This document shows, piece after piece, positions 23,955 to 41,749 of a stretch of DNA of 56,575 nucleotides. The first letter of the stretch is position 1. Each line of letters opens with the position of its first letter. The position numbers and the translations under genes are program-made. Origin of the DNA: Tubiluchus corallicola (Eukaryota; Animalia; Priapulida); assembly GCA_030141605.1 (NCBI GenBank), contig JAQGDQ010001190.1, forward strand, positions 1-56,575. The letters run 5' to 3'. The notes beneath the pieces were generated by a model, which saw only the letters and a program-made list of their open reading frames with translations, had not been told where the DNA came from and searched no databases.

Positions 23955-24907
23955 TGGTGTGGTGGCTACTGGCTAGAGCTTCATGTGTGGTGGTTACTGG
24001 CTAGGGCTTCATGTGTGGTGGCTACTGGCTAGGGCTTCATGTGTGGTGGCTACTGGCTAGAGCTTCATGTGTGGTGGCTACTGGCTAGGGCTTCATGTGT
24101 GGTGGCTACTGGCTAGGGCTTCATGTGTGGTGGCTACTGGCTAGGGCTTCATGTGTGGTGGCTACTGGCTAGGGCTTCATGTGTGGTGGCTACTGGCTAG
24201 GGCTTCATGTGTGGTGGCTACTGGCTAGGGCTTCACGTGTGGTGGCTACTGGCTAGGGCTTCACGTGTGGTGGCTACTAGCTAGGGCTTCATGTGTGGTG
24301 GCTACTGGCTAGAGCTTCATGTGTGGTGGCTACTGGCTAGGGCTTCATGTGTGGTGGCTACTGGCTAGGGCTTCATGTGTGGTGGCTACTGGCTAGGGCT
24401 TCACGTGTGGTGGCTACTGGCTAGGGCTTCATGTGTGGTGGCTACTGGCTAGGGCTTCACGTGTGGTGGCTACTGGCTAGGGCTTCATGTGTGGTGGCTA
24501 CTGGCTAGAGCTTCATGTGTGGTGGCTACTGGCTAGGGCTTCATGTGTGGTGGCTACTGGCTAGGGCTTCATGTGTGGTGGCTACTGGCTAGAGCTTCAT
24601 GTGTGGTGGCTACTGGCTAGGGCTTCATGTGTGGTGGCTACTGGCTAGGGCTTCATGTGTGGTGGCTACTGGCTAGAGCTTCATGTGTGGTGGCTACAGG
24701 CTAGGGCTTCATGTGTGGTGGCTGCTGGCTAGGGCTTCATGTGTGGTGGCTACTGGCTAGGGCTTCACGTGTGGTGGCTACTGGCTAGGGCTTCACGTGT
24801 GGTGGCTACTGGCTAGGGCTTCACGTGTGGTGGCTACTGGCTAGGGCTTCATGTGTGGTGGCTACTGGCTAGGGCTTCATGTGTGGTGGCTACTGGCTAG
24901 GGCTTCA
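23955..24907. repeat. 28-bp minisatellite (~34 units, tgtgtggtggctactggctagggcttca)
   Basis: Directly visible and very homogeneous. Confidence 0.97.
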
Positions 24908-25721
24908 AATGTGCAATGGTATTGCACGAAATATTGGCTTGGGATCCTTTGTTTATTCGGACGATGGGCTATAATAAAAAAACGGACAACTTGCAAGAAC
25001 AAATCAAACACAACTCAGGATTTCTTCTAAATCCCTCCCCTATTTTCCTCTATTTCTGCAACAATAATAATGTAGTTTGCTTAATTAAAATCAATAATAA
25101 CTAGTTTATTAGTTTATTAAAATCAATAATAACAATAGCATATATAAGTTAGATCAATAATGACAATCATTGCAAAACACAAATATACTTAAACAATTAT
25201 TGTAGGTAATTTCGGGAAACTGGTTGAATTGGTCTTGGAGAAAGACAGGAATCTCACTACGTAAGGGATCAGTTGTAGGGATCGAGTGTCTGTACACGCT
25301 TTCGACATGGGAATGACGGCTTTGTATATGAGCAGCAAATAGCTCGAAGTCAGCTTTTATTCCCAATACAGACGAGTTCAGGTTTCACCTAGTTGCTGTA
25401 TTCTACGCAGTTATTGTATATTAATTACAGTCATTTGCAAAAGTTTAAGACCAAGCTCGAGTTTTCCGGATTTTCTTCATACTGTACCCTGATTGCATCA
25501 GCTTCTTTGTTGATTGCATCATACTGCTAGTGGTTTGAAAGAGTACGTCTAGTGACTATGACCGACTTATTTGCCTGCCGCTATCCATACAGATCGGCCG
25601 TTTTTGTATTTTTCTTGTAATCCAAAAAATAGGCAAAAATCATCATTGAGTGAGACTCAGAGGGTTCAAATCGTGACTTTACATCAAGAAGGATATACTG
25701 AAAGTGCGATAAGTGCTAGAT

Positions 25722-26230
25722 AAAGTATAAAGAAAGCACTAAAAAGACTTATTACATTGAATATTGTTGATAATATAGAGTTAAAATGGCCGCATGCGCA
25801 CAACAAACAAACACATCACTGTGATGGGCTGTGAAGCAAACAGTACTACCCTGACATGTTCTGCTTCCCTACAAGTATAAAGAATGCACTAAAAAGACAT
25901 TACATTGAATATTATTGATAATATACAGTTAAATGGCCGCATGTACACAACAGCCAAACAAACCACTGTGCTTGGGCTGTGAAGCAAACAGTACTACCCT
26001 CACATGCTTTGGTTCCGTACAAGTATAAAGAAAGCACTAAAAAGACTTATTAAATTGAATATTATTGATAATATAGAGTTAAAATGGCCGTATGTGCACA
26101 ACAGCCAAACACATCACTGTGATGGGCTGTGAAGGAAACAATACTACCCTCAGGTGCTTTGGTTCCGTACAAGTATAAAGAAAGAAATAAAGAAAAAAGA
26201 CTTATTACATTGAATATTATCAATAATATT
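25722..26230. repeat. ~150-bp tandem repeat, about 3.3 copies
   Basis: Recurring aagtataaagaaagcactaaaaagac..aatggccgcatg..gggctgtgaagcaaacagtactaccct. Confidence 0.85.
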
Positions 26231-26332
26231 TAGTCAAAATATGAGTGCTACGTTCCACAGTCCTTATACACAAGTCATCACTGATTACTGTTAAACTTCA
26301 AGCTGCACAATGATCCTTAGTAAAATCGCTAC

Positions 26333-26437
26333 CTTTTTAGTTTTGCTTCTGTTGTTGGACCCCTTCTCATGGCCTGAGCTTGGCCCACACACAGTATGTA
26401 GCAGTAATAATGAGCCAGTCAGTAAAACAGTCTTCAT
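26333..26437 (-). CDS. Signal-peptide exon of a divergently oriented paralog of the lectin gene (MKTVLLTGSLLLLHTVCGPSSGHEKGSNNRSKTKK); downstream exons unresolved
   Basis: Clearly similar to lectin exon 1 (MKIGLLTGSLLLLLTLCGPSAGAENGSSN). Phase-0 donor AAG|gtagcg. Confidence 0.65.
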
Positions 26438-26956
26438 TATCGGAATGAATTATGAAAACAAGCCTGGATGATTTGACAGCAAACTACAAAACAGTAATCG
26501 TCGTGAGGATAAGATTATAACAAACAATATCTGTTGCATTTTTAAAATGTGTAACAGCATTTTGGAAACAAGCAAGATTTAGATTTAAATTTATCGTGAC
26601 ATCACAACTAGCAGAGCACATACCACTTACACATCTTGAGAATAGCAACATTGATATTTAGCATAGCTTACACCAAATGAAAAGTGTTAATTTTAGCAAC
26701 TGTACTAACCTGCAAGTATTGAAAATTTGCTAACATTTCCAAACGTTCTGATGTTTCTATTGTTTCGAAGAGCAACAAAGGGTTTGTATATTTTGCATTT
26801 AGCTGCCATTGTTCCTAGATACAATCGATAATCATTGTCCAAATTGTTCTGTAACTTATATGGAATGAAAATTTTAATATTGTTTCTTTCAATGGTATGT
26901 TTATGATAATTACTGCCACGTGGATTGCGAGAAATCGACAAGACTTGTTCTCTACA

Positions 26957-30840
<3,884 letters not shown>

Positions 30841-31254
30841 TTTATAGTTTTTCTCATTGGTTTTTTAACAGACTGTATTGTTTATTATATTTAGTTGTTA
30901 TTGATGATAATAGAATTCAGTTGACAATGTTTTTGACGTGATCAGAAACTGAAGATTTTGCCAACAATAGTTGTAAAATTCAGCCTTAAAGATGAAGAGA
31001 TGACAGCCTTCTTTGAAAGTGCTTATTTTCTTTTATTTAATTGCTTGAATACATTGAAAATGCATTTCACAATGAAATCTCAGCATTTAACTGTTCGGTC
31101 CATCAGCCAAGGGTCAAAGGTCAACAATCCTGACATAACTTATGTCATTCAGTTTGTCTCACTGAAACCTTTCATTTGATATACAACAACCTACTTTTGG
31201 TAGACCCTGGAAGGCAATTGCCTCCTGGACCCCTAGTTTGCCCCTAACTGGGTC

Positions 31255-31545
31255 ACAAATTAGCAATTTACAATGTAACCTTTGCCATTCGATTCGCCTC
31301 ATCGAGACACTTCATTTGATATGCTACAAAGTATCATTGCTCACCACTCGGTGCTCTTCTGTTCCAGAACCCCATTTTTCGGTCACCCCCCCCCCCAGAG
31401 GGGTTTTACAGTAACCATTCACACTGTAACCTACGCTCGCCTCATCAAGACCTTTCATTTGATATGCTACAAGTAACTATTCCAAGATACTTGATGCATT
31501 TCTGTTCCCAACCCCCATTTTTCCCATCTCCAAATCACCCATATC
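31255..31545. repeat. Dispersed repeat fragment related to ~38440-38735
   Basis: Shared ctcatcgagac..tttgat.tgct, cccatttttc and ccaaatcacccatat-like motifs. Confidence 0.55.
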
Positions 31546-32774
31546 CAGTGTGACTGATAGGATACAACACACAAATGTGATTAATACAGGATACGGGAGT
31601 TGGGAAGATTGTTGCAAACAATGGGCCAACTGATATTCAAAATAAGAGAGCAACAGAACTAGCAACAATTTTTGGCTAGATTTGCTACTTAACATAGATC
31701 CCGTGCTCAATGAGTCGACAGATCGCATCCATCTACCACTTAGGTCCGTCCGTATTCAGAACGTGTGTAATCCTCTAATTATGAACATGGATTTGAGGTT
31801 AACAGATGTGCCGGTAAGTGATGATTTGAAGGAGAAAGATTCTATAAAAAGTCACACAAACAAAAAGGCCGTGTTGGAGACTACACACATGACATTGAAA
31901 AAAACAAACTCTATTTCAAACTAAGTCTTGGCATGGGCTATCTTGAACCACAGGAGAAACGGGATTCTTCCTTCATCGACTTTTTTGCTCCCATGTGGTT
32001 CAACAGTAGCTGCAACAGTTCTCAGCAAAATTATCCAAAACTGGAATTTCTCCAACTATCTCTGGAGAATCAAGAAAAATTACATCTATCAAGATAGCAT
32101 GGCTAAATCTGCCTCCAGTATTTTCAAAAGATCATCCAGTTCCAACATCTGAGGACGCTACAACTCTTTGCCCACCTTTGACTACTGAAGGATTTCCATC
32201 TCCATGTGTCCCTCTAACTATTTCAGGAAATGTGAAGTGTTTGAAGTCATAGCGTGGATTAATTTTGGTGATTTTCCTACAGCCAGCGGTGATTTGTTTT
32301 TTGTAAGACATGATTGTTTGAATAAAGTTGAACCAAAAATTAGCTATAACATCACACTCTAACAATTGTATGTATCTAATTTGGAGAAACGTAAAAGCCA
32401 AATAACTAGTTGACTAGCAAGCTATTTGAATTCTGTTTTTTTTTCTTGTAAATCTTGACTTTTTTGCAGCCTTGTACTGTTTATATTTTTATCTGTCTCT
32501 TATAATATTTAATCAAAAATGTTTTTTGTGACAATGTCACTATGTTTATAGTTTAATATCGGTAGCTGTTTACTGGCGTGCAGGAAAGGTGCTGTTTAGC
32601 AGAATAGGAACTAGACCCTAGTCAAAGGTTAGTAAGTCTGTTAGTCATGAAGTTGTCATGAAACGTTTCTCAGAAACTGTAAAATGAAATTCATAAATAC
32701 AATTATAATGCAAAATATATTTATTAATGTAAAAACAAACATCTATCATAAAAATGAAACGTAAAACATGAAGC

Positions 32775-35700
32775 TAATTTATACAAGCGTTGTATATAAA
32801 CAACCGGTAGATTTAATTTATACAAGCGTTGTATATAAACAACCGGTAGATTTAATTTATACAAGCGTTGTATATAAACAAGCAGTAGATTTAACTTATA
32901 CAAGCGTTGTATATAAACAACCGGTATATTTAATTTATACAAGTGTTGTATATAAACAAGCAGTAGTTTTAACTTATACAAGCGTTGTATATAAATAACC
33001 AGTAGATTTAATTTATACAAGCGTTGTATATAAACAGCGAGTAGATTTAACTTATACAAGCGTTGTTTATAAACAACCGGTAGATTTAATTTATACAAGC
33101 GTTGTATATAAACAGCGAGTAGATTTAATTTATACAAGCGTTGTATATAAACAACGAGTAGATTTAACTTATACAAGCGTTGCATATAAACAACCGGTAG
33201 ATTTAATTTATACAAGCGTTGTATATAAACAAGCAGTAGTTTTAACTTATACAAGCGTTGTATATAAACAACGAGTAGATTTAACTTATACAAGCGTTGT
33301 ATATAAACAACGAGTAGATTTAACTTATACAAGCGTTGCATATAAACAACCGGTATATTTAATTTATACAAGTGTTGTATATAAACAAGCAGTAGTTTTA
33401 ACTTATACAAGCGTTGTATATAAACAACCAGTAGATTTAATTTATACAAGCGTTGTATATAAACAGCGAGTAGATTTAACTTATACAAGCGTTGTATATA
33501 AACAACCGGTAGTTTTAACTTATACAAGAGTTGTATATAAACAAGCAGTAGTTTTAACTTATACAAGCGTTGTATATAAACAACCGGTAGATTTCATTTA
33601 TACAAGTGTTGCATATAAACAGCGAGTAGATTTAACTTATACAAGCGTTGTATATAAACAACGAGTAGTTTTAACTTATACAAGCGTTGTATATAAACAA
33701 CGAGTAGATTTAACTTATACAAGCGTTGCATATAAACAACCAGTAGATTTAACTTATACAAGCGTTGTATATAAACAAGCAGTAGTTTTAACTTATACAA
33801 GCGTTGTATATAAACAACCAGTAGATTTAATTTATACAAGCGTTGTATATAAACAGCGAGTAGATTTAACTTATACAAGCGTTGTATATAAACAACCGGT
33901 AGATTTAATTTATACAAGCGTTGTATATAAACAGCGAGTAGATTTAATTTATACAAGCGTTGTATATAAACAACGAGTAGATTTAACTTATACAAGCGTT
34001 GCATATAAACAACCGGTAGATTTAATTTATACAAGCGTTGTATATAAACAAGCAGTAGTTTTAACTTATACAAGCGTTGTATATAAACAACGAGTAGATT
34101 TAACTTATACAAGCGTTGTATATAAACAACGAGTAGATTTAACTTATACAAGCGTTGCATATAAACAACCGGTATATTTAATTTATACAAGTGTTGTATA
34201 TAAACAAGCAGTAGTTTTAACTTATACAAGCGTTGTATATAAACAACCAGTAGATTTAATTTATACAAGCGTTGTATATAAACAGCGAGTAGATTTAACT
34301 TATACAAGCGTTGTATATAAACAACCGGTAGATTTAATTTATACAAGCGTTGTATATAAACAGCGAGTAGATTTAATTTATACAAGCGTTGTATATAAAC
34401 AACGAGTAGATTTAACTTATACAAGCGTTGCATATAAACAACCGGTAGATTTCATTTATACAAGCGTTGTATATAAACAGCGAGTAGATTTAACTTATAC
34501 AAGCGTTGCATATAAACAACCGGTAGATTTAACTTATACAAGCGTTGTATATAAACAAGCAGTAGTTTTAACTTATACAAGCGTTGTATATAAACAACGA
34601 GTAGTTTTAACTTATGCAAGCGTTGTATATAAACAACCGGTAGATTTAATTTATACAAGCGTTGTATATAAACAACGAGTAGATTTAACTTATACAAGCG
34701 TTGTATATAAACAACCAGTAGATTTAATTTATACAAGCGTTGTATATAAACAACCGGTAGTTTTAACTTATACAAGCGTTGTATATAAACAAGCAGTAGT
34801 TTTAACTTATACAAGCGTTGTATATAAACAACGAGTAGATTTAACTTATACAAGCGTTGCATATAAACAACCAGTAGATTTAATTATAAGCGTTATATAA
34901 ACAACCAGTAGATTTAATTTATACAAGCGTTGTATATAAACAACGAGTAGTTTTAACTTATACAAGCGTTGTATATAAACAAGCAGTAGTTTTAACTTAT
35001 ACAAGCGTTGTATATAAACAACGAGTAGATTTAACTTATACAAGCGTTGCATATAAACAACCGGTAGATTTAATTTATACAAGCGTTGTATATAAACAAG
35101 CAGTAGTTTTAACTTATACAAGCGTTGTATATAAACAACGAGTAGTTTTAACTTATACAAGCGTTGTATATAAACAACCGGTAGATTTAATTTATACAAG
35201 CGTTGTATATAAACAACGAGTAGATTTAACTTATACAAGCGTTGTATATAAACAACCAGTAGATTTAACTTATACAAGCGTTGTATATAAACAGCGAGTA
35301 GATTTAACTTATACAAGCGTTGTATATAAACAACGAGTAGTTTTAACTTATACAAGCGTTGTATATAAACAAGCAGTAGTTTTAACTTATACAAGCGTTG
35401 TATATAAACAACGAGTAGATTTAACTTATACAAGCGTTGCATATAAACAACCGGTAGATTTAATTTATACAAGCGTTGTATATAAACAAGCAGTAGTTTT
35501 AACTTTTACAAGCGTTGTATATAAACAACCAGTAGATTTAATTTATACAAGCGTTGTATATAAACAACGAGTAGATTTAACTTATACAAGCGTTGTATAT
35601 AAACAACCGGTAGATTTAATTTATACAAGCGTTGTATATAAACAAGCAGTAGTTTTAACTTTTACAAGCGTTGTATATAAACAACCAGTAGATTTAATTT

Positions 35701-36006
35701 ATACAAGCGTTGTATATAAACAACGAGTAGATTTAACTTATACAAGCGTTGTATATAAACAACCGGTAGATTTAATTTATACAAGCGTTGTATATAAACA
35801 AGCAGTAGATTTAATTTATACAAGCGTTGTATATAAACAACGAGTAGATTTAACTTATACAAGCGTTGTATATAAACAACCGGTAGATTTAATTTATACA
35901 AGCGTTGTATATAAACAACGAGTAGATTTAACTTATGCAAGCGTTGTATATAAACAAGCAGTAGTTTTAACTTATGCAAGCGTTGCATATAAACAATCAG
36001 TAGATT
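32775..36006. repeat. 39-bp satellite (~83 units) with internal palindrome TATACAA-GCG-TTGTATA
   Basis: 13-aa periodic artefact ORFs; unit tagatttaacttatacaagcgttgtatataaacaaccgg. Confidence 0.98.
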
Positions 36007-36107
36007 GTCCGTAAAGTGCGCTATGCAGTCGACAATTGACGTCAGAAGAATGGGCATTCAAAATGGGAGTTGTATATTATGTACCTGGTCGACAATGTGG
36101 AGCTTTG

Positions 36108-37939
36108 TTACACTATCACATCACTATCACTATCACTATCACTTTCAGCTGAATCTTCACTTGCAGTATCCTGCTCATTATCCAGTTCTGAAGTTTGAAG
36201 TTGGTCACTTTCTTGTTCACTCTCTCCATTTGTACTATTATCTTCTTCCTTTACTTTTCTTCTTGCAACTAACAACAACAGTCCTATCAATATCAGGACA
36301 CCAACTATGACACCTGGTAATATTTTGGACAAAGTTGCCATAAGCGTGTCTGGAGTATCTTTTGCTGGTGTATCTGTTGCTATTGATGTTGCGTTCGTTG
36401 TTGTCGTCCTTGTGCTCGTGGTCATCGTCGTCGTCATCATTGTTGTTTTTGTTGCTCGAGTTGTTCCTGTTGTCGTTGTTGCTGCTGTTGTTGTTCTGGT
36501 GGTAATAGTAGGTGTTGTTGTTTTTGTTGTTGTTGTTGTTCGTCGTCGTCGTCGTCGTCGTCGTTGTTGTGGTTGTTGTTGTTGTTGTTGTTGTCGTCGT
36601 CGTCGTCGTTGTTGTTGTTGTTGTTGTTGTTGTTGTCGTCGTCGTCGTCGTCATCGTCGTGGTCATGGTCGTCGTCGTTGTTGGTGTTGTTGTTGTCGTC
36701 GTCGTCGTAGTCGTGGTCGTGGTCGTCGTCGTCGTTGTTGTTGTTGTGGGTGTTGTTGTTGTTGTTGTTGTTGTCGTCGTCGTCGTCGTTGGTACACAAT
36801 TAAAATCTCCAAGTGTAGCACAAAATGCAGGGCTAGGAAACTGGCAGTCAATGCAATTTTTCGGACTTGCCCATGGGGGTTCCATAATCCATTTTAAGTC
36901 GCAGTCGCAATACAAACTTTCACCTAGAAGTTAAAAACATATTAAAGTCAAAACTATATTAAACTGGCAGTCAGCTATGATAGACGTCACTTAATCAGAG
37001 AAATACAGTTTCAACTTTATATCAACTCACTAAGTAGACTGGCAAGAGTATACACTATGACTTTCAGCTAAGGCTTCACTTATGTACGTTTCTTGCATAA
37101 CTCAATTTTAAATGTGTTTAGTATTGCCACCTATAGCTTATAAAGGGTTACCAGGTTCAGGAAAATACTGCTTTATACGATATTTCTTTGGTGGAAGCCA
37201 AATTTTTTCCATCTAATTTTCATGTTGGTTGTGTCATGACAGCAGGATGTCAAATATGTGAAATACCAGCTTATAACAGTCCTTGCAAAATAGTAATACT
37301 GTTTTGCATTAAATTATTTTTGAAAACTTACCGTTAAACGTCGTTAAACCGAAAACCTGCCGTCAACTTACCAGAAAATCTAAACTGCACATCTGTAGGC
37401 TTAAGGTTACTGTGAAGTTTAAAGGGCTTGAGTCCTTCAACTCCGTTTGAATCAAAAAACACCTCGACCAAGTGAGGATTATAAGAGAAATCAAGTTCAA
37501 TGGTTCCAGACAGCCAATTAGTCCAGATATGAATATAGTCAACTCTTGTACTCTTGAAAGCTTTTGGATGTATATACTCAAGTTGCGTACCTTCAATCAG
37601 CACCTTATGTAAACGACCATTTATCGAATTTTCTTCTAAACGTTCTAAACTGCCATATTTTATATGCAAAATGCTGTCTGGCGATTGCTTTCCTTGAAAA
37701 AAGTTGTCAGGCAACTCAGTTCCTGCGTAATTCTCAATTTTAACTTCGTAGAATCCATCATCTCAATTGCCCAATTTATTATCTACGTTTGCAAGTTCAC
37801 CCTTTGTAGCTATTCCTTGGCAGTCTACTGTGCATTTGTCTCGTAATTTATCGATGGTGCAGCCTGGAATTCTTTGTCCGCAAAACGTTGATAGGGAAAC
37901 AGTTACCAAAGTTGAGAAGCAAGCAGCAGCAAGCCACAT
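36108..37939 (-). pseudogene. LRR-type receptor (signal, Cys-rich N-cap, degenerate LRRs, LRRCT, Thr-rich mucin stalk, TM, acidic tail); exons 37939-37372 and 36923-36108; in-frame TGA at 37763-37765 and 1-nt frameshift near 36540
   Basis: N-terminus MWLAAACFSTLVTVSLS; LRR-like ELPDNFF, LERLEENSI, LEYIHPKAF. Phase-1 splice G|gtaagt..ttctag| gives FSGESLYCDCDLKW. TM GVIVGVLILIGLLLLVA followed by RRK. Confidence 0.75.
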
Positions 37940-39214
37940 GATCTTTCTGTTTCAGCAAATATCCGTAATTTGTTTAAAATAATCTGTGACGTCTGTAAAC
38001 AATACTAAAAGATTAATAATTTCTTTCTTGCGTGAACGATTTCTTCTTTTCTTCCAATTGATTTGGTGGTTTTTAACAGTAGAACGCTATAAATTTTAAC
38101 GCAAGTTCACAATATCTATTCAAATATTTTATCTTGATTCCAAATCTAAAGAATGCATTCTATAATAATTGTTATGACGTATATTTAGATTAGCGCACAC
38201 AAAGTTCGCTTAATGTTTGTTTATTCTTGTAGTTAAAGCTGATTGCTGATTATTGTTGTTTATAGCGTGGCGTGTGAGGTAACCACGACGGGCATGGCAA
38301 ACTATCAAGACTGTACTTAATGAGCAACACATTTATTATATATATATTTATTAACCACAACACAGAAAATATAAGAGGATAGCAATGCCAGACCTCCGTC
38401 TTCAAACCAGATTAAATGCATTTTTCAGTTTTAAGAGATCACCTAATCGCTTACTATTAAATTTATCCCATCGAGACGTTTCATTTGCTCTACCTCAAGT
38501 TAGTTTTATTCGATAGTGAGCAGCATTTGTCTCCTCGACCCTATTTTGCCACCTAGCGGGGTCGCGGGTTAACTATTCTCACCGTAGGGCATTCGTTCCG
38601 TCTCATCGAGACCTTTGATTTGATGTGCTGCGAGGCACCAGTGTTCAACGCTTGGTGAACTTCACTTCCCGACCCCCATTTTTCGATTTTTGACTCCAAG
38701 CGAAAATTGGCCCCTCCAAAATCACCCATATTCTGCCATATCTGTGAACTGGTGAAGCTTTGGATTTATCCATCTTGAATAAAGTTGTAGCCGCCATCTT
38801 GAATAAAAATTGACAGTACCAGTCGATGCGGAGTTGCTGTATATTTCACGACGATTTCTTGCAAACAGGCGGAACCTTATGTTTTTCACAAAAAGTATAT
38901 TTTCGCCGCCATCTTGAATTCAAAATGGCGAATCGAAAATGCGACTCCGTCAACTGACGTGGAATTTTCTGTCGATGGTCTGCTTCTCAGATCGCCGCCG
39001 TGTTTCGAATGTTGCTGCTGCTGTTACTGTTGTTGTGGAGATGACCTTGGGAAAAGAAGCCAGAGACTCTATGAATCACTGGAGCGCAGAGCGACCATTT
39101 TATACCTATGGCTTCGTATTCTTGAAAAGAAAATAATGTCGAAATATTGAAATAAAACTAACACAAAAATACGCTAGATTTCACTGCAACAAGCGTGCTT
39201 TACTTCGTGAGGTA

Positions 39215-39757
39215 GGGGAGACCCGGGTAAATTGGATCACTGTTGAGACCCGGGTAAAGTGGATCACTGGGGAGACCCGGGTAAAGTGGATCACTGGGGA
39301 GACCCGGGTAAAGTGGATCACTGGGGAGACCCGGGTAAAGTGGATCACTGGGGAGACCCGGTTAAAGTGGATCACTGGGGAGACACGGGTAAAGTGGATC
39401 ACTGGGGAGACCCGGGTAAAGTGGATCACTGGGGAGACCCGGTTAAAGTGGATCACTGGGGAGACACGGGTAAAGTGGATCACTGGGGAGACCCGGGTAA
39501 AGTGGATCACCGGGGAGACCCGGGTAAAGTGGATCACTGGGGAGACCCGGGTAAAGTGGATCACTGTTGAGACCCGGGTAAAGTGGATCACTGGGGAGAC
39601 CCGGGTAAAGTGGATCACTGGGGAGACCCAGGTAAAGTGGATCACTGGGGAGTCCCGGGTAAAGTGGATCACTGGGGAGACCCAGGTAAAGTGGATCACT
39701 GGGGAGACCCGGGTAAAGTGGATCACCGGGGAGACCCGGGTAAAGTGGATCACTGGG
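39215..39757. repeat. 27-bp tandem array (~20 units) identical to the MITE TIR
   Basis: Unit ggggagacccgggtaaagtggatcact. Confidence 0.97.
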
Positions 39758-40320
39758 CAAAGCGGATCAAATGTGTTTGCTCTTTTTTCCGTAAGGCGTC
39801 GCATTCTATGCACTGTGTGATGTTACGTCATCATCTATTGTGTACTCTGCATAAACGACATCGACTTTTGCAAAGTTTGTCTAAGTTCGGTACACAAAAG
39901 TAAGTTTTTCACCCACTTTCTTGCGATTTTTCACTTTTATTGATTATGGTGATAAATTCCACTTAGTGCAGATTTATTCGCTACCGTTTTTACATATGAT
40001 GGATGGTTCATTGCTGCGTCATATCAATTTACTTTTGCAAAATACACAAAATCGATTTAAAAGATATTGTTAGTTATGCTGAGCTCAACCGCTCCGGTAT
40101 GATCCACTATGCTCGTTAAAGATCCACTTTGCCCTAGAAATTTTGGTTTCGTATTTCGGAATTATCTGCTAAACGAGTAATAGTAATTATACGTTTTTAC
40201 CACACGAATATAGCAGAGTTTCCTACGGAAGAATAGGGCATGTAATTGATTGTTACAGATCAAACGTCTTGAACTCTATGAGAGAAAACCTTTAGTGATG
40301 CACTTTACCTGGGTCTCCCC
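39215..40320. mobile_element. TA-flanked MITE (Tc1/pogo-like) with TIR ggggagaccc(g/a)ggtaaa
   Basis: Left end ta-ggggagacccgggtaaa; right end gtgatgcactttacctgggtctcccc-ta. Confidence 0.8.
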
Positions 40321-41749
40321 TATACAAGCTTTTAAAAGACTATAAATTAAATCTTAGAATGGGGCAAACAGACAAGTTACTATTACGAGCAAGGAAGCTA
40401 ATCAGGGTATTACTGCTACACAAAATTTTTACATACTGGATTACAAAACGTTTATGAAATGCCACACAAGGATGAAAAGTATCACATACAAACGGTAACA
40501 CATAGCGATAACTACGATATGGTAAATTCCAAATTTAAATCATATTTTTATGTTAATATTTGCAATTTTGCGACTGCTAAATTTCCAAGTTTCAGATCTG
40601 GAAAATGATTAACAATATCTGGAATATTTTACTTTTCACTTTAGAGCTAACAAAATCGAAATTTGTAATTACACTATTGGCCTCAAAAAAGAAATCATTT
40701 TTTGACTTAGATATCATATACCACCGTTATCAGGCACGTCAGAAGTTAATATAGAATCCTAAATGAGACACAGTTTTATGTCAAGTTAAAGGAATTCCAT
40801 CGAGAAAAAAAACGGGGTTATCTGCGTATAAAAGAGCAACTCTTTTGTGTGCAAATTGCTCTGGCCACCCCCTTTTCACAAATTTCTTTCTTCATCCTAC
40901 GTGCTTGTGTTTTTCATCATCAGTTTAGTGTGTCTATGATCTGATATTAACGTTAATCCTCAAATTATTCACTTTCTGTTGTGTTAAAATTTTAAGTTAT
41001 TTTCTCCTATTTGCTTCGCATGATTTACTTTAGAATTGAAAATTTTGGTTAAATAACTCCAACAGAAAGATGAGAATTTCAATCATTTCCAACCAATCAC
41101 AAGAAATTATGTTGTAAGAAATACTGACTGGCTAGAAATAACTTGAATTCTCAATTAAAAAAACTTTAATATATTGTTCCCAAGGTTCGACCCGGTAGAT
41201 AGCCTTACGGCCCCATTGGTGATGCGGATAAGCGCTGCATAACGGACACTCCAAAAATTTTAAAACAAAGAAACAACAAAACCAAAATTCAAAATGGACG
41301 GCTGAGAAGAACACACAATAGAAAACAAACAAAACCTGATGACAATGCTTCAAACCTTACGAAATCCACGACACTCGGCAGGCAGACAGGAGAAGTGCAT
41401 TCCACGACAACCAGAAGACAACTGACGATGTCACGTGTTCGTTCTTTCCACAGGAAACCACTGCTCAACCAATCGCAGGTGATGTTATGGGCTTCCTAGT
41501 TTAAAGTGGAGGTCATAACATTACCTGTAGGTTGGCTGGCCTGGTGCCTATGAATAGAACTGTATAATGCACTGTTCTCTGTTCAGCTCAATACTATACC
41601 ACAGACTTTTGAGCCTGTCTTTAAACCAGATGGCTAGATTCAGTGATTATACATATGATTCTGAGAATGCATTTTTTTATATCTATTTTATCTATTTCGA
41701 ATGCTGTACATTGTGACCTGGAATCATTTGTTAGTTTAAACATAATTTA

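Noticed and set aside
23955-24907. CRISPR-like regular repeats (also the 39-, 27-, 86- and 70-bp arrays)
   Set aside because: Head-to-tail units with no unique spacers, no cas genes, and a eukaryotic context.
31560-32400. Coding-looking stretch with several short ORFs
   Set aside because: Stops in all frames and no recognisable motif or splice structure; possibly a decayed gene or TE, but unsupported.
32724-36057. LRR-looking ORFs (YKLNLLVVYIQRL)n
   Set aside because: Translation artefact of the 39-bp satellite, not connected to the adjacent LRR gene.
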